The translations under genes and the position numbers were made by a program. This document shows positions 9,074-19,375 of a DNA stretch of 51,176 nucleotides, piece after piece. A model generated the notes under the pieces. It did not search any database, was not told the DNA's origin, and saw only the letters and a program-made list of their open reading frames with translations. Source of the DNA: Candidatus Nomurabacteria bacterium RIFCSPLOWO2_12_FULL_40_42 (lineage in GTDB: Bacteria > Patescibacteriota > Minisyncoccia > Phycocordibacterales > UBA9973); assembly GCA_001786195.1 (NCBI GenBank), contig MFVS01000024.1, positions 1-51,176 on the forward strand, given 5' to 3'. Numbering within the stretch: the first letter of the stretch is position 1; each line of letters opens with the position of its first letter.

Positions 9074-9658
9074 TTAATTTGGTTTCGGCTCTTCGGCTTT
9101 GACATCTTTGGCGTGGTCGATAAAGAGGACGCCGTTTAGGTGGTCTGTCTCATGCTGGAAAATCTGCGCGAGCAAACCCGCTGCGCCGCGAGTAAATTTC
9201 TTGCCGTTTTCATCGTAAGCGGTGACGGTGGCCTTGAGGGACCTCCAAGTCTTGCCGTATAGTGGGCGGACCGAAAGACAACCTTCAGGCATCCAAATTT
9301 TTTCCCGGGAAAGTTTAGAAATTTTTGGATTTATGAAAATTAAGTCTTTGGGAACAAAATCTTTCTGTGCGGGGTCGCTATCTGCGCCTTCTGGCGCAGC
9401 GCTGCTTCTCGGCTCGCCAACCTGCGAAACACCCCGTCCAGAAAATTTTGTTCCCAAAACTTTCCCAGACACCACAAAAATCCGCAGTGGATACCCAATT
9501 TGCGGCGCGGCGATAGCCACGCCGTCCCCCTGGCTTTTGAGCGCCTCAGACATTTCTCTTAATATTTTTTTTATTTTAGCTGTTTTTATGTCGCCGATGA
9601 CGACTTCTTTGGCGACTTTACGGAGTATTTTTTCTTCTTTTTGTAAAATTTTCTTCAT
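9074..9658 (-). CDS. def: Peptide deformylase (with ~35-aa in-frame insert)
   Basis: GVAIAAPQIG, EGCLS, QHETDHLNG. Confidence 0.96.
   Translation of the reverse strand: MKKILQKEEKILRKVAKEVVIGDIKTAKIKKILREMSEALKSQGDGVAIAAPQIGYPLRIFVVSGKVLGTKFSGRGVSQVGEPRSSAAPEGADSDPAQKDFVPKDLIFINPKISKLSREKIWMPEGCLSVRPLYGKTWRSLKATVTAYDENGKKFTRGAAGLLAQIFQHETDHLNGVLFIDHAKDVKAEEPKPN
9347..9458. mobile_element. ~112-nt structured mini-element (family B) inserted in frame in def
   Basis: Terminal inverted repeats tttgggaacaaaat/attttgttcccaaa; homologous to 35496-35613. Confidence 0.75.
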
Positions 9659-9665
9659 AATTCTC

Positions 9666-10964
9666 CTACTTCATTTCCTTTAAGTATTCCAGCAATTTTG
9701 GTAGTTTGACTGTATTTTGTGAACGGTTACTCATATCCCGCACGATGACAGAATTATCCAATGCTTCCTTAACTCCAAAAATAAGGGCGTAAGGAATATT
9801 AAGTCGTTCGGCGATGGCGAGCTGGCTCCCTAGGCTGTCTTTCGAAAGAGACTGGGCTATCGGAATATGGGCCTTGCGGAGTATTTCAATTATGTTCAAG
9901 CTTTTTAACCTTGCCTCACTCCCAAGCTGAATGAAATAAATTTTTGGTTTCTTTAATATGCGTGGTGCCAGTTTCTTGTACCAAAGGGAGGCGATGATCC
10001 GGTCGACGCCGATAGATATCCCTACTGCAGGCACGTCTTTTTTTGATCCGATTTGGCGAGCCAAATAGTCATAGCGTCCGCCGCCCGCGAGTGTTAGCGG
10101 CGCGCCGTTTTCTCCGCCTGTTTCCTCGATAATTTCAAAAACAGTGCGGGTATAATAAGAAAGTCCGCGCACTAAATTTTTATTTATATTGTACCCAATA
10201 TTCATTTCTTCCAAATATTCCAATACCTCTTTAAAATGTTTTTTACAGGCAGGACAGAGGAATGAAATCGAGTCCGGGGCATTTTTGTTTATCTCCTTCG
10301 TTTTTTCTTCTTTAGAGTCGAGGATGCGCAACGGATTTATTTTTAAACGTTTGCGGTCAATGGGAGCCAAGTCGTCCACGTGCCTTCGATAATAGCCAGC
10401 AAGTTCTTTGATATAAACATTTCGGCATTCTTTGTCCCCGATGGAATTTAAATCAATCGAAAGATTTTCAGCTCCTGCCTCTTCTAGAATACTTATCCCG
10501 GTTTTAATCACGAGCGCATCCATAATGCTTTTATCACTGCCAAGCGAATCCAGGTCAAACTGCCAAAATTGCCGATAACGGCCGCGCTGGGGTTTGTCAT
10601 GCCTGAACACCGGACCGTATTGGTAGAGCATAACAGGCTGAGGGAAGGTCTGCATTCCGTGTTCGATATAAGCGCGCGCCAACGGAGCGGTGTGTTCTGG
10701 TCGAAGCGCCAAATGGTCTCCGCCTTTGGTTTTTAGCGTATACATTTCTTTGTCCACGATGTCAGTGCCTTCGCCTATTCCGGAGGTAAAAATTTTTTCA
10801 TTTTCCAATATAGGAGTCTCAATTGGCTTAAAACCATAGTATTCCGCCACCTCTTGAGCTTTTTCAAAAAAACCCTGAAAAGCGTAATATTTTTCATTCA
10901 TCAAATCTCTCATTCCTTTGGGCGAGGCAACGTCTTGATTTATATTTTTTATATTTTTTTTCAT
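9666..10964 (-). CDS. hisS: Histidine--tRNA ligase
   Basis: PKGMRD, LRPEHT, FRHDKPQRGRYRQFWQ, LVRGLSYY, GGGRYD. Confidence 0.96.
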   Translation of the reverse strand: MKKNIKNINQDVASPKGMRDLMNEKYYAFQGFFEKAQEVAEYYGFKPIETPILENEKIFTSGIGEGTDIVDKEMYTLKTKGGDHLALRPEHTAPLARAYIEHGMQTFPQPVMLYQYGPVFRHDKPQRGRYRQFWQFDLDSLGSDKSIMDALVIKTGISILEEAGAENLSIDLNSIGDKECRNVYIKELAGYYRRHVDDLAPIDRKRLKINPLRILDSKEEKTKEINKNAPDSISFLCPACKKHFKEVLEYLEEMNIGYNINKNLVRGLSYYTRTVFEIIEETGGENGAPLTLAGGGRYDYLARQIGSKKDVPAVGISIGVDRIIASLWYKKLAPRILKKPKIYFIQLGSEARLKSLNIIEILRKAHIPIAQSLSKDSLGSQLAIAERLNIPYALIFGVKEALDNSVIVRDMSNRSQNTVKLPKLLEYLKEMK

Positions 10965-10997
10965 AATTTTACTTGTTCCGTAGTGAGCTTTGCTCTA

Positions 10998-11603
10998 CTA
11001 CTGGGATTGTTTATCTGATTTTTGATATTGGCCTGGAGATACTCCTATTTTTTTTAGCGGCAGTAAACGCAAGAATGCTTTTCCAGTAATAAATTCTTTT
11101 TTGACCGGCCCCCAAGATCTCGAATCAGAACTGCTACTTCTGTTGTCTCCCATTACAAAATACTCATCACTTGCGAGAGCCACATGTGCATCTATTCCGC
11201 CGATATTTTTTACAAAAGGTTGGTCTAATTCAAACCCGTCCGGATGTTCGTTATTTGTAATTGTGACTTTATTTTGGCTGCTTTCCACGTCGACGGTTTC
11301 ATTTGGTAGGCCGATTATTCTTTTGATGTAATAAACATAAGTTGGTTCAAGCGAGTTGCCAGTTTGATGTTTGAACACTACGACGTCATATCTTTTTGGG
11401 TTGCCTAGTTTATAGGATATCTTATCGACAATCAAATAATTCGCATTATCGAAAATGGGGACCATCGAACTTCCTAATACTACAAACGGTTCCGCCACGA
11501 GAAGGCGAATAGGGACAACTATCAGTATCGCTATGATAGTGAACCGCAAAAGTTCCCAGAATGACTGTCCCTTGGTCGGTTCTTCTATTTTCGTCGGTTC
11601 CAT
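10998..11603 (-). CDS. lepB: Signal peptidase I
   Basis: GSSM.P, YIKRIIGLP, GDNR..S.DSR.WG; start set at ATG 11603, 7 nt after a TGcTATATT box. Confidence 0.93.
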   Translation of the reverse strand: MEPTKIEEPTKGQSFWELLRFTIIAILIVVPIRLLVAEPFVVLGSSMVPIFDNANYLIVDKISYKLGNPKRYDVVVFKHQTGNSLEPTYVYYIKRIIGLPNETVDVESSQNKVTITNNEHPDGFELDQPFVKNIGGIDAHVALASDEYFVMGDNRSSSSDSRSWGPVKKEFITGKAFLRLLPLKKIGVSPGQYQKSDKQSQ

Positions 11604-11704
11604 GTCAATGAATATAGCATAAAATGTCCTTGACATAGTCGTTAAATTTGTGGTATAACTAGAATCTATAACCCAGAACCTAGAACTTTTGCTATCATGT
11701 AATC

Positions 11705-12232
11705 ATGAAATTAGTCGCTGGTTTAGGCAATCCGGGAAAAGAATACGAAAACACACGGCACAACACCGGGCGAATTGTGGTTGGACTGGTGGAAAAAAAA
11801 TTGGAAGACCAAAAAATAAAATTTATTACTCCGGATAATTTTATGAATAATTCCGGTAAGGCCGTCGCCCCATTAGTTAAAACAAAAAAAGATTTGGAAA
11901 ATTTGGTGGTGGTCTATGACGATATTGATCTGCCGCTCGGGAAAATAAAAATTTCCTTCAACCGCTCCGCCGGAGGGCATAATGGTTTGGGTTCAATAAT
12001 CAAAGCTCTCAAAAGCCAAGAATTTTTGCGTATTAGAGTTGGTATTTCTCCCGCCACTCCCAAGGGCGTAGCAAAGAAACCAAAAGGGGAAAAAGCGGTG
12101 ATAAACTTTATTCTAGGTGAATTCAAAAAATCCGAATTGGAAACAATCAAAAAACTTTCCAAAAAAGTCAGCGAAGCAATTGAAACTATTTTCGCCGAAG
12201 GCAAGGATAAAGCAATGTCTCTTTACAATTAA
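11705..12232 (+). CDS. pth: Peptidyl-tRNA hydrolase
   Basis: GLGNPG.EY..TRHN, FMNNSG, DDIDL, GGHNG. Confidence 0.95.
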   Translation: MKLVAGLGNPGKEYENTRHNTGRIVVGLVEKKLEDQKIKFITPDNFMNNSGKAVAPLVKTKKDLENLVVVYDDIDLPLGKIKISFNRSAGGHNGLGSIIKALKSQEFLRIRVGISPATPKGVAKKPKGEKAVINFILGEFKKSELETIKKLSKKVSEAIETIFAEGKDKAMSLYN

Positions 12233-12411
12233 AATAACCATTGACAGGGAATTATATGAAGCTTATAAAATAATGCGTAGCTATGGTGTTTCGGATAACG
12301 ATCTTTTTACTTGAACATGTTTTTAAACTGTAAACTAACTATTTAGCATTAATAAGCGGTCGCGCACTAATGCTATACTAATGCTATTCAGATTTATTTG
12401 CTTCTGAATAT

Positions 12412-12588
12412 TTAGTGAGGGTATGTCCTATTTCTATCTTCTTGCTCTTCGCGCATTTCCTCAACCACAAGTTCTTTTTCTTCGGGATCTAGTTTAGTAT
12501 TTGGACATTTCTTCTCTCTCTTTTTTAAAATATTTTTTTCTAATTCTCTCTTTGTTTTTTTAATTAAATCTAATTGCTCTAATGACAT
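12412..12588 (-). CDS. Small charged hypothetical protein (58 aa, absent from the ORF track)
   Basis: Manual translation MSLEQLDLIKKTKRELEKNILKKREKK...EEQEDRNRTYPH*, directly downstream of dnaE on the same strand. Confidence 0.45.
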   Translation of the reverse strand: MSLEQLDLIKKTKRELEKNILKKREKKCPNTKLDPEEKELVVEEMREEQEDRNRTYPH

Positions 12589-12615
12589 TTTTTTAAAAAA
12601 AGTAATTAATAAAAT

Positions 12616-15600
12616 CTACACCTCTTTCACTGCCTCTATTATAATACTCTTTTCGCCACTGCGCAACGAGACTTTACCCGAGAGGGCTATGCACTTTTCG
12701 GCTACCAGGATACCTATGGATTCTTTGAAGATGGAAGGGAAGCAGACGACTTCGATTGAGCCAGTCAAGTCGGCGATTTTTAGGAAGGCCATTCTTTCGT
12801 TATTTTTTGTTACGACTTGCCTGACATTTTCGATTATGCCGGCGATAGTAACCGGTACTCCATTCCCAATTTCCTCTTTTATTTTTTTTGTGTTCACCTC
12901 CCGGCTTTCTAATTTATTTCGCAGTCGGTCGAGCGGATGCCCAGAAATATACAGCCCCAACAATTCTTTTTCCCAAAGCAGTTTTTCCGCCTGGGTCGCC
13001 TCCGATGCTGGTTTTAATTTAAAAACTGGAACGGATTGTTTTAGGTTGCCAAAAAGCGAAGTCTGGTTGGCATTTTGCGTCGATGTCTCGCGGTGGTAGG
13101 CGAGCATATCTTCCAGATTCGCAAGCAGGACTCCGCGATCCGCCCATTTGTCAATACAGCCGGATTTGATCAACGCCTCCATCGATTTTTTATTTAAATT
13201 TTTATGTTTGATTCGGCCCAGAAAGTCAGCGATGGATTTAAATTTACCATTTGTTTTACGCTCCCGAATAATAGTGTCCGAAATATCCGTCCCTAAATTT
13301 TTTATGGTATAAAACCCAAACCTTATTTTTTTACTTTTATTGTTTTTATTTATTTTGCCTTCTTTCTCCGGTTCGCCTCGCTCTTGTTCCGGCGAAGCAG
13401 GTAAACAGGTGAAGCCCCCATAGCTCTCATTTATGTTTGGGGGTAAAACTGGTATTTTCATATTTCTACACTCTTCAATTATTTCCGCAATTTTTTCCAC
13501 ATCTCCTGATTCAGCGGTCAGAATAGCCGCCATATACTCCACTGGATAATTGGCTTTCATATAAGCCGTCTGGTAGGCGACCTTTCCGTAAGAGGCGGCG
13601 TGCGCTTTGTTGAATCCATAGGCTTGAAATGGTTCAAAAAGTTTCCAGAGTTTTTCCGCGAATTCCGGAGTCTGGCCATTGGAAATGATTCCCTTGGTGA
13701 ATTTTTCTCTTTGGGCGGCCATCTCTGCTGGGATTTTCTTACCGACGGCCTTGCGGAATTTGTCTGTTTCTTCCCAGTTGTAGCCGGCAAGTTCAATCGC
13801 GCAAAAGAGCAGGTCGTCTTGGTACACGATGAGTCCATAAGATTCTCCCAAGAATTTTTTCATCCGTGGATCCAAATATTTCACCAGTTTCGGATTATGT
13901 TTTCTTTTTATATATTCCGGGATAATTTCCATAGGGCCGGGGCGATACAGGGCAACCATGGCGTTGATGTCATGAATCGAAGTTGGTTTTAATTCTTTCA
14001 AATATCGAGTCATGCCGCTACCATTTAATTGAAAGAGCCCTTCGGTTTGTCCAGAAGCCAAGAGTTCAAAAGTTTTCTTATCGTCGAGCGGTATTCGCTC
14101 AATGTCTATATCTATGTTGTAGAAATTTTTTACCAAACTGACCGCATCGGCTAAAATTGCTAAATTTCGGATACCCAGAAAATCAAATTTTAAAAGTCCG
14201 GCACCACCACCATAGTCTGGGTCAAGAGAATACATGTCATATTGAGTAATTATGGCTTCACCCTTGGGATCATATTGAAGTGGAGTGTATTCCGTCAGGG
14301 GCAGGGGAGAGATGACCACTCCCGCCGCATGTACCGAGATGTGTCGGACGCAGCCTTCGAGTTTTTTTGCTAAGTCTATTATTTTTTTTGTATCCACTTC
14401 TTCCTTGTAGGCTTGAGCCAACTCGGGTACTATCTCCATAGCATGATCTAGAGTCATCGGCATACCTTGTGAGCCGAGCGGAATCATTTTAGAAAGTCGG
14501 TCACCGATGGTGTATGGATATCCCAGTGCTCGGGCGACGTCGCGGACGGCGCCGCGGGCCATCATTGTGCCGAAGGTTCCCACTTGAGCCACTTTATCTT
14601 CTCCATATTTTTTCTTTACATATTCAATCATTTCATCCCGCCGATTATCGGCAAAATCCATGTCGATATCTGGTGCCGAGGGACGGTATGGATTCAAAAA
14701 TCTTTCAAACGGCAGTTTGTAGGCTATGGGGTCTACATTGGTGATCCCGAGGAGGTAGGTCGTCATCGAGCCAGCCACCGATCCCCGGATCGTGGTCAAA
14801 ATTCCATTTTCTTTGGCGTAGCGCATAAGGTCTCCCACTACCAGAAAATATGGCGCGTAGCCTTTGTCTTTAATAATTTTTAATTCGTACTCGACTCTTT
14901 CTTTTAATTCCGGTGTGGCGTTAAGTTTTAATCTATTGAAGCCATCATAAGCAAGATGGCGCAATTCTTCATCGTAACTTTTCCCAGATTCAATTTTAAA
15001 ATCCGGGAAAACCCATTTTTTAAGTTCCAGTTCCAGATCACACATTTCCGCTATTTTCATAGTGTTGGTGACTGCTTCCGGAATATCTTTAAAAACTTCG
15101 AGGGCTTTCGCTGTATCGATAAAAGAAAAATCATCGTCAGAAAATTCGAATTTTACTCCATCTTTTACATCGCCTTGGGTGTTTATTTGCAGTAGAGTAT
15201 GGTGCGCATCATGATCATCACTACAAGGATAATGCGAGTCTTGTGTTCCAACAATATCTACATTGTGTTTCCTTGCCAGCTTGATCAGATTTTCTCGCAC
15301 CATTTTGTCACTTTCCACTGATGGATGACACTGAATTTCTATAAAGTAATTTTCTTTGCCAAAAATATTTTGATATTCCTGCACCAGCGCGTCGGTTTTT
15401 TTTGAATCGCCTTTTAAAACTGTCTGAGAAAGTTCACCGCCCAAGCATCCCGAGAGGGCAATAAGACCGCCGGAATATTTTCGCAGGATTTCTTTGTCCA
15501 TCCTAGGCTTGTAATAATATCCCTCCAAGTTAGCGATTGTTACCAACTTCATCAGATTCTTGTAACCTTGCAAATTTTTCGCGAGTAAAGTCAAGTGGTA

Positions 15601-15882
15601 ATATCTTTTAACGCCTCCAGCTTCGGCGGTTCGATCCGTCCGACTTCCAGCCGTCATGTATGCTTCTACTCCGATGATCGGCTTAATTCCTTCTTTTTTT
15701 GCGAGTTTATAAAATTCAATAGCGCCATACATATTGCCATGGTCAGTGATAGCCATCGCCGGCATGTTGAATTTCTTGGCCAGGGCCACTAGATCCTCAA
15801 GCTTAGAAAGGCCGTCCAATAGGGAATAGTGCGAGTGGGTATGGAGGTGGACGAATTGTGGGGTTTCGGATTCTTTTTGCAT
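12616..15882 (-). CDS. dnaE: DNA polymerase III alpha subunit
   Basis: [16 protein letters not shown] domain, [19 protein letters not shown]-terminal OB fold. Confidence 0.97.
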   Translation of the reverse strand: MQKESETPQFVHLHTHSHYSLLDGLSKLEDLVALAKKFNMPAMAITDHGNMYGAIEFYKLAKKEGIKPIIGVEAYMTAGSRTDRTAEAGGVKRYYHLTLLAKNLQGYKNLMKLVTIANLEGYYYKPRMDKEILRKYSGGLIALSGCLGGELSQTVLKGDSKKTDALVQEYQNIFGKENYFIEIQCHPSVESDKMVRENLIKLARKHNVDIVGTQDSHYPCSDDHDAHHTLLQINTQGDVKDGVKFEFSDDDFSFIDTAKALEVFKDIPEAVTNTMKIAEMCDLELELKKWVFPDFKIESGKSYDEELRHLAYDGFNRLKLNATPELKERVEYELKIIKDKGYAPYFLVVGDLMRYAKENGILTTIRGSVAGSMTTYLLGITNVDPIAYKLPFERFLNPYRPSAPDIDMDFADNRRDEMIEYVKKKYGEDKVAQVGTFGTMMARGAVRDVARALGYPYTIGDRLSKMIPLGSQGMPMTLDHAMEIVPELAQAYKEEVDTKKIIDLAKKLEGCVRHISVHAAGVVISPLPLTEYTPLQYDPKGEAIITQYDMYSLDPDYGGGAGLLKFDFLGIRNLAILADAVSLVKNFYNIDIDIERIPLDDKKTFELLASGQTEGLFQLNGSGMTRYLKELKPTSIHDINAMVALYRPGPMEIIPEYIKRKHNPKLVKYLDPRMKKFLGESYGLIVYQDDLLFCAIELAGYNWEETDKFRKAVGKKIPAEMAAQREKFTKGIISNGQTPEFAEKLWKLFEPFQAYGFNKAHAASYGKVAYQTAYMKANYPVEYMAAILTAESGDVEKIAEIIEECRNMKIPVLPPNINESYGGFTCLPASPEQERGEPEKEGKINKNNKSKKIRFGFYTIKNLGTDISDTIIRERKTNGKFKSIADFLGRIKHKNLNKKSMEALIKSGCIDKWADRGVLLANLEDMLAYHRETSTQNANQTSLFGNLKQSVPVFKLKPASEATQAEKLLWEKELLGLYISGHPLDRLRNKLESREVNTKKIKEEIGNGVPVTIAGIIENVRQVVTKNNERMAFLKIADLTGSIEVVCFPSIFKESIGILVAEKCIALSGKVSLRSGEKSIIIEAVKEV

Positions 15883-15904
15883 TTCTGTATAATAACATAT
15901 TACT

Positions 15905-15980
15905 TAACCCCCTGAATCCCCCTTATCAGGGGGACTTTCTGAATTTTTCCTCCCTTGATAATGGGAGGCTAGGAGGGGTT
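15905..15980. repeat. Intergenic composite of family A palindromes
   Basis: tccccttatcagggggac and cctcccttgataatgggagg inside aacccc...ggggtt ends. Confidence 0.75.
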
Positions 15981-16029
15981 GTATTTTATGATATACTTAA
16001 ACTATTATAATTTATTTATTAAAAAATTT

Positions 16030-16323
16030 ATGAAAAAAAGATATTGGTTGAGGGTCGGTTCTGTATTCTTTGTAGTTAGTTTAATTGTAAGCTCGTATGC
16101 TGCATTTTTAATGTTACAAAATACTGCAAGAGTTAGTGTTATTAGTCAACCTCAACCTTTTGATATTATAGATTATTTACATTTTATCCCTGGTATTAAT
16201 TCTCTCATCTGAGGACCTATTGGAATAATTATCGGTGTGATAATACTATCTTTACTATATGGACTCGTTGGAGCAATAATTGGTGGATTATATGGTAAAA
16301 TTAAAAATAGAAATAAAATTTAG
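16030..16323 (+). pseudogene. Small membrane protein (MKKRYWLR...YGKIKNRNK family) interrupted by in-frame TGA at 16210-16212
   Basis: Reading through the TGA gives GPIGIIIGVIILSLLYGLVGAIIGGLYGKIKNRNKI*, matching the C-terminus of paralogue 18484-18687. Confidence 0.7.
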
Positions 16324-16369
16324 ACAGGAACGGTATTGACAATATCATAACAATGTATATACTTGTAAT

Positions 16370-16642
16370 ATGACTACACAAATAATGTTTAAAATAGAAA
16401 ATAAGCTCAAAAAAGCAGCCCAGAAGAGAGCAAAAAAAGAAGGGATCACCCTCAGTGATTTTTTTCAGTCGGCTACTCGGTCCTTCATAGAAGGACGTTT
16501 GAACGTGGGTCTTACAGGAGAGGATATGCAGGAAGATTTTGAAATGTATAATTCTATAAATTATAAAAAAAGCATAGCCAGGGCCAGAAAATCAAAAAAG
16601 TTTTATACTAGTTCGCAACTCTACAAAAAATTAGGGTTATAA
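16370..16642 (+). CDS. Putative antitoxin (RelB/ribbon-helix-helix-like)
   Basis: N-terminal beta-alpha-alpha pattern, directly upstream of a RelE-like toxin; own TTGACA/TATACT promoter. Confidence 0.7.
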   Translation: MTTQIMFKIENKLKKAAQKRAKKEGITLSDFFQSATRSFIEGRLNVGLTGEDMQEDFEMYNSINYKKSIARARKSKKFYTSSQLYKKLGL

Positions 16643-16645
16643 TAT

Positions 16646-16897
16646 ATGCGTTACTTGGTTACCTCCGAGGGGGTAAAAACTTTATCAATACTTCCAAAAT
16701 CAATTCAGAAAAGAATTCTTCAAAAGTTGGATTTTATTTTTAAAACCAGTAATCCGCTTAATTTCTCGAAAAGGCTCGAGGGTTTTGAATTTGGTGATTA
16801 TCGTATGAGGATAGGAGATTATAGAGCTTCTTTTGATGTAAGACAAAATACGGCTTATTTTTTAAGATTTGGGCACAGAAAAGATTTTTATAAATAA
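16646..16897 (+). CDS. RelE/ParE-family toxin
   Basis: YRMRIGDYR and GHRKDFYK C-terminal motifs, 83 aa. Confidence 0.87.
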   Translation: MRYLVTSEGVKTLSILPKSIQKRILQKLDFIFKTSNPLNFSKRLEGFEFGDYRMRIGDYRASFDVRQNTAYFLRFGHRKDFYK

Positions 16898-16920
16898 AAA
16901 TACATGTTATAATATTGACT

Positions 16921-18018
16921 ATGAAAACAATCAAAGTTGGCATTAATGGTTTTGGGAGAATCGGCAGAGCGTTTTTGAAAGTCGCTTGGGAGCGGCCGGA
17001 GATTGAGATTGTGGCGGTGAATGATCTTGGGTCTGTGGAGAACATGGCATATCTTTTGAAATACGATACTGTCTATCATAAGTGGGATCATCCCGTGCGA
17101 GTCCAGAATTCTCAGGGCTCTAACGGGACAAGCGACAATTATATTGTGATTGGTGATAAAAAGGTAAGAGTTCTAGCGGAAAAAGAGCCGAATAAACTTC
17201 CCTGGAAAGATTTGGGTGTGGATGTAGTGGTGGAATCCACCGGGCTTTTTGTGAATTATGAGAAGGCGAAAGTGCATCTTGACGCAGGGGCAAAAAAAGT
17301 TGTTATTTCTGCGCCTGTCAAAGATTCTGCGGAAGCCTTGCTTCCGCCAGTTGGCGGAAGCAAGGCTTCCGCAACTTCCGCAACTTTAGGCGAGACAATT
17401 TTGATGGGTGTCAATGAAGAAAAATTCGGCACTTGCGATATTACTTCCAACGCGTCTTGCACCACCAACGCCGCTTCGCCTCTGATCGCTATTTTAGACG
17501 AAGCTTTAGGAATTGACAAAGCGCTTTTGAATACGGTGCATGGATATACCGCCAGCCAGTCAATCGTCGATGGGCCAAACAAAAAAGATTTTCGTGAAGG
17601 CCGCGCCGCAGCGCAAAATATCGTGCCGAGCTCGACGGGTGCAGCCATAGCCGTGACCAAAGCGTTTACCAAGCTCTCCGGACTTTTTGATGGCATTTCG
17701 ATGCGGGTGCCGGTGCCTGCCGGGTCAATTGTGGATATCACTTTTATTTCCAAGAAAGGTACGAGCATAGAAGAAGTAAATGAAATTCTCAAAAAAGCGG
17801 CGCAAGAAAAAAGATGGGAAGGAATTTTTAATGTGACCGAAGAAGAACTTGTCTCCAGCGATATTTTAGGCAATCCATATGGATCTATCGCGGACTTAAA
17901 ACTCACCCGTGTCGTCGGCGGAAACCTCATAAAAGTCATGGGTTGGTATGACAACGAGATGGGGTATACGCATACTTTAGTCGAGCATGTGATTAAAACA
18001 GGTAATTCAATAAAATAA
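16921..18018 (+). CDS. gap: Glyceraldehyde-3-phosphate dehydrogenase type I (with in-frame palindromic insert)
   Basis: GINGFGRIGR, SNASCTTN, WYDNEMGY. Confidence 0.97.
   Translation: MKTIKVGINGFGRIGRAFLKVAWERPEIEIVAVNDLGSVENMAYLLKYDTVYHKWDHPVRVQNSQGSNGTSDNYIVIGDKKVRVLAEKEPNKLPWKDLGVDVVVESTGLFVNYEKAKVHLDAGAKKVVISAPVKDSAEALLPPVGGSKASATSATLGETILMGVNEEKFGTCDITSNASCTTNAASPLIAILDEALGIDKALLNTVHGYTASQSIVDGPNKKDFREGRAAAQNIVPSSTGAAIAVTKAFTKLSGLFDGISMRVPVPAGSIVDITFISKKGTSIEEVNEILKKAAQEKRWEGIFNVTEEELVSSDILGNPYGSIADLKLTRVVGGNLIKVMGWYDNEMGYTHTLVEHVIKTGNSIK
17328..17386. repeat. Perfect 22-bp-arm palindrome plus 9-bp tandem duplication inside gap
   Basis: tgcggaagccttgcttccgcca-gt-tggcggaagcaaggcttccgca followed by cttccgcaa x2. 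Confidence 0.9.
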
Positions 18019-18488
18019 ATTTATGAATAGACAAAAAGTTTTAAATTGGATTGGAGGAATTTGGTTTGTGGTGAATCTACCGATTCTTCCTTTTGTTGGA
18101 CCGGCAGTTTATGCAATTTTAGGTAATTATTTTTTTGACCAAAGAGTGCCATATGCGGTTGTCACGCTCATTGTGTTCACAACATTTTTGGTTTTGAGTA
18201 AAAGCTGGTCGGGTAAATATATGAAAACGCCTGTAATTTTGTCTGTGATTGTATTTCTTTATGCAACTTTGCAATTGGTGGTGGTTCAAGATTTTTTAGT
18301 AACACATCGACCCCTACTTTTTTGGATAATATTTGTAGTATTGGTTAGTGTAATTTGTATAGCAGTTATAAAAGCAATGCGTGGAGAACTGAATAAATAA
18401 AATTTTAGTTTTCGCAAGAGTTTTCGCAAGAACCGTTCTTGCGACAGGTGTTATTAAAACAGGTAATTCTATAAAATAAATTTATGAA
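17992..18488 (+). repeat. 36-bp direct repeats (17992-18027, 18453-18488) flanking a membrane-protein gene
   Basis: attaaaacaggtaattc(a/t)ataaaataaatttatgaa, one mismatch. Confidence 0.88.
18023..18400 (+). CDS. Hypothetical membrane protein (about 4 TM segments)
   Basis: Hydrophobic stretches throughout the 125-aa ORF. Confidence 0.7.
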   Translation: MNRQKVLNWIGGIWFVVNLPILPFVGPAVYAILGNYFFDQRVPYAVVTLIVFTTFLVLSKSWSGKYMKTPVILSVIVFLYATLQLVVVQDFLVTHRPLLFWIIFVVLVSVICIAVIKAMRGELNK

Positions 18489-18687
18489 ACAAAAAAGATA
18501 TTGGTTGAGGGGAGGGGTAATTATAACGAGCGTACCTCTTTTATATCAAATTTTTATGTTACCTTTTTCTGAAAGTTATAACCTAAATATTTCCAAAATT
18601 CTTCTTTATATTTTACCCTATTTCATAATCGGAATGTTTTTCGGCTGGATTTACGGAAAAATAAAAAATAGAAATAAAAGTATTTAG
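18484..18687 (+). CDS. Small membrane protein (MKQKRYWLRGG...YGKIKNRNK family)
   Basis: Two hydrophobic segments; N- and C-terminal motifs shared with 16030-16323. Confidence 0.7.
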   Translation: MKQKRYWLRGGVIITSVPLLYQIFMLPFSESYNLNISKILLYILPYFIIGMFFGWIYGKIKNRNKSI

Positions 18688-18695
18688 TTTCAAAA

Positions 18696-19004
18696 ATGGA
18701 AATAAAAAACTTTACAACTGATATAGATAAATTCTTAGATAATTTAGAAGAAACTACTAGAAGTAAAGTTTCAAAAGTTGTGCATATGTTAATGATGGCT
18801 GGGAATGATATTGCGATGCCTTATAGTAAAAGTTTAGGTGAAGGACTTTTTGAATTACGCATATCAGGCAAAATTCCTATTAGGATAATATATTGTTTTT
18901 ATGAAAATTACGCTATTTTGCTTCATGCCCTTATAAAAAAGAGTGACAAGATACCAAAGCGGGAATTGGATTTAGCTAAAAGAAGATATGACACAATTCT
19001 TTAA
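18696..19004 (+). CDS. RelE/HigB (Gp49-like) toxin
   Basis: MPYSKSLGEGLFELR, RIIY, LLHA..KKS.K.P..EL..A. Confidence 0.85.
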   Translation: MEIKNFTTDIDKFLDNLEETTRSKVSKVVHMLMMAGNDIAMPYSKSLGEGLFELRISGKIPIRIIYCFYENYAILLHALIKKSDKIPKRELDLAKRRYDTIL

Positions 19005-19048
19005 GTTATCCACTTGCATAATATAACGCATATGTTATACTCTTAAGT

Positions 19049-19351
19049 ATGAAAAAAGAACAAAAAAAATCAATAAAAGATATGACCAATTTTTCTAATC
19101 TTCATAATAAATGGATGAAGGATCTAAAGTTTAAAAAGGCTTATGATGACCTGGAGCCAGAGTTTGCTATTGTTCGCGCAATGATAAAAATGCGGCTAAA
19201 AAATAAAATGTCTCAGAAAGATTTAGCCAAGAAGCTCGGCACCAAGCAGCCAGCGATAGCTCGGTTCGAATCCGGGGCGTATAACCCAACTATTTCTTTC
19301 TTGAAAAAGCTTTCAACCGCGCTAGGGGGAAAATTAGAAATTAAGATTTAG
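19049..19351 (+). CDS. XRE-family HTH antitoxin (HigA-like)
   Basis: MSQKDLAKKLGTKQPAIARFESG; downstream of the toxin. Confidence 0.87.
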   Translation: MKKEQKKSIKDMTNFSNLHNKWMKDLKFKKAYDDLEPEFAIVRAMIKMRLKNKMSQKDLAKKLGTKQPAIARFESGAYNPTISFLKKLSTALGGKLEIKI

Positions 19352-19375
19352 TGCAAGAGGTGCTATAATAAACTC

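Noticed and set aside
11655-11690. Short degenerate heptamer repeats (also 37625-37655)
   Set aside because: Too short and degenerate to support a functional call
12616-15882. Intein in dnaE
   Set aside because: Length is normal and no intein splice or LAGLIDADG motifs are visible; the only extra segment noticed is a short palindromic insert
16210-16212. Genetic code 25 (TGA=Gly) or selenocysteine readthrough
   Set aside because: TGA is the evident stop of conserved genes here (e.g. 23791, 28258, 40803, 42470), other genes lack internal TGA, and no SECIS-like hairpin is apparent
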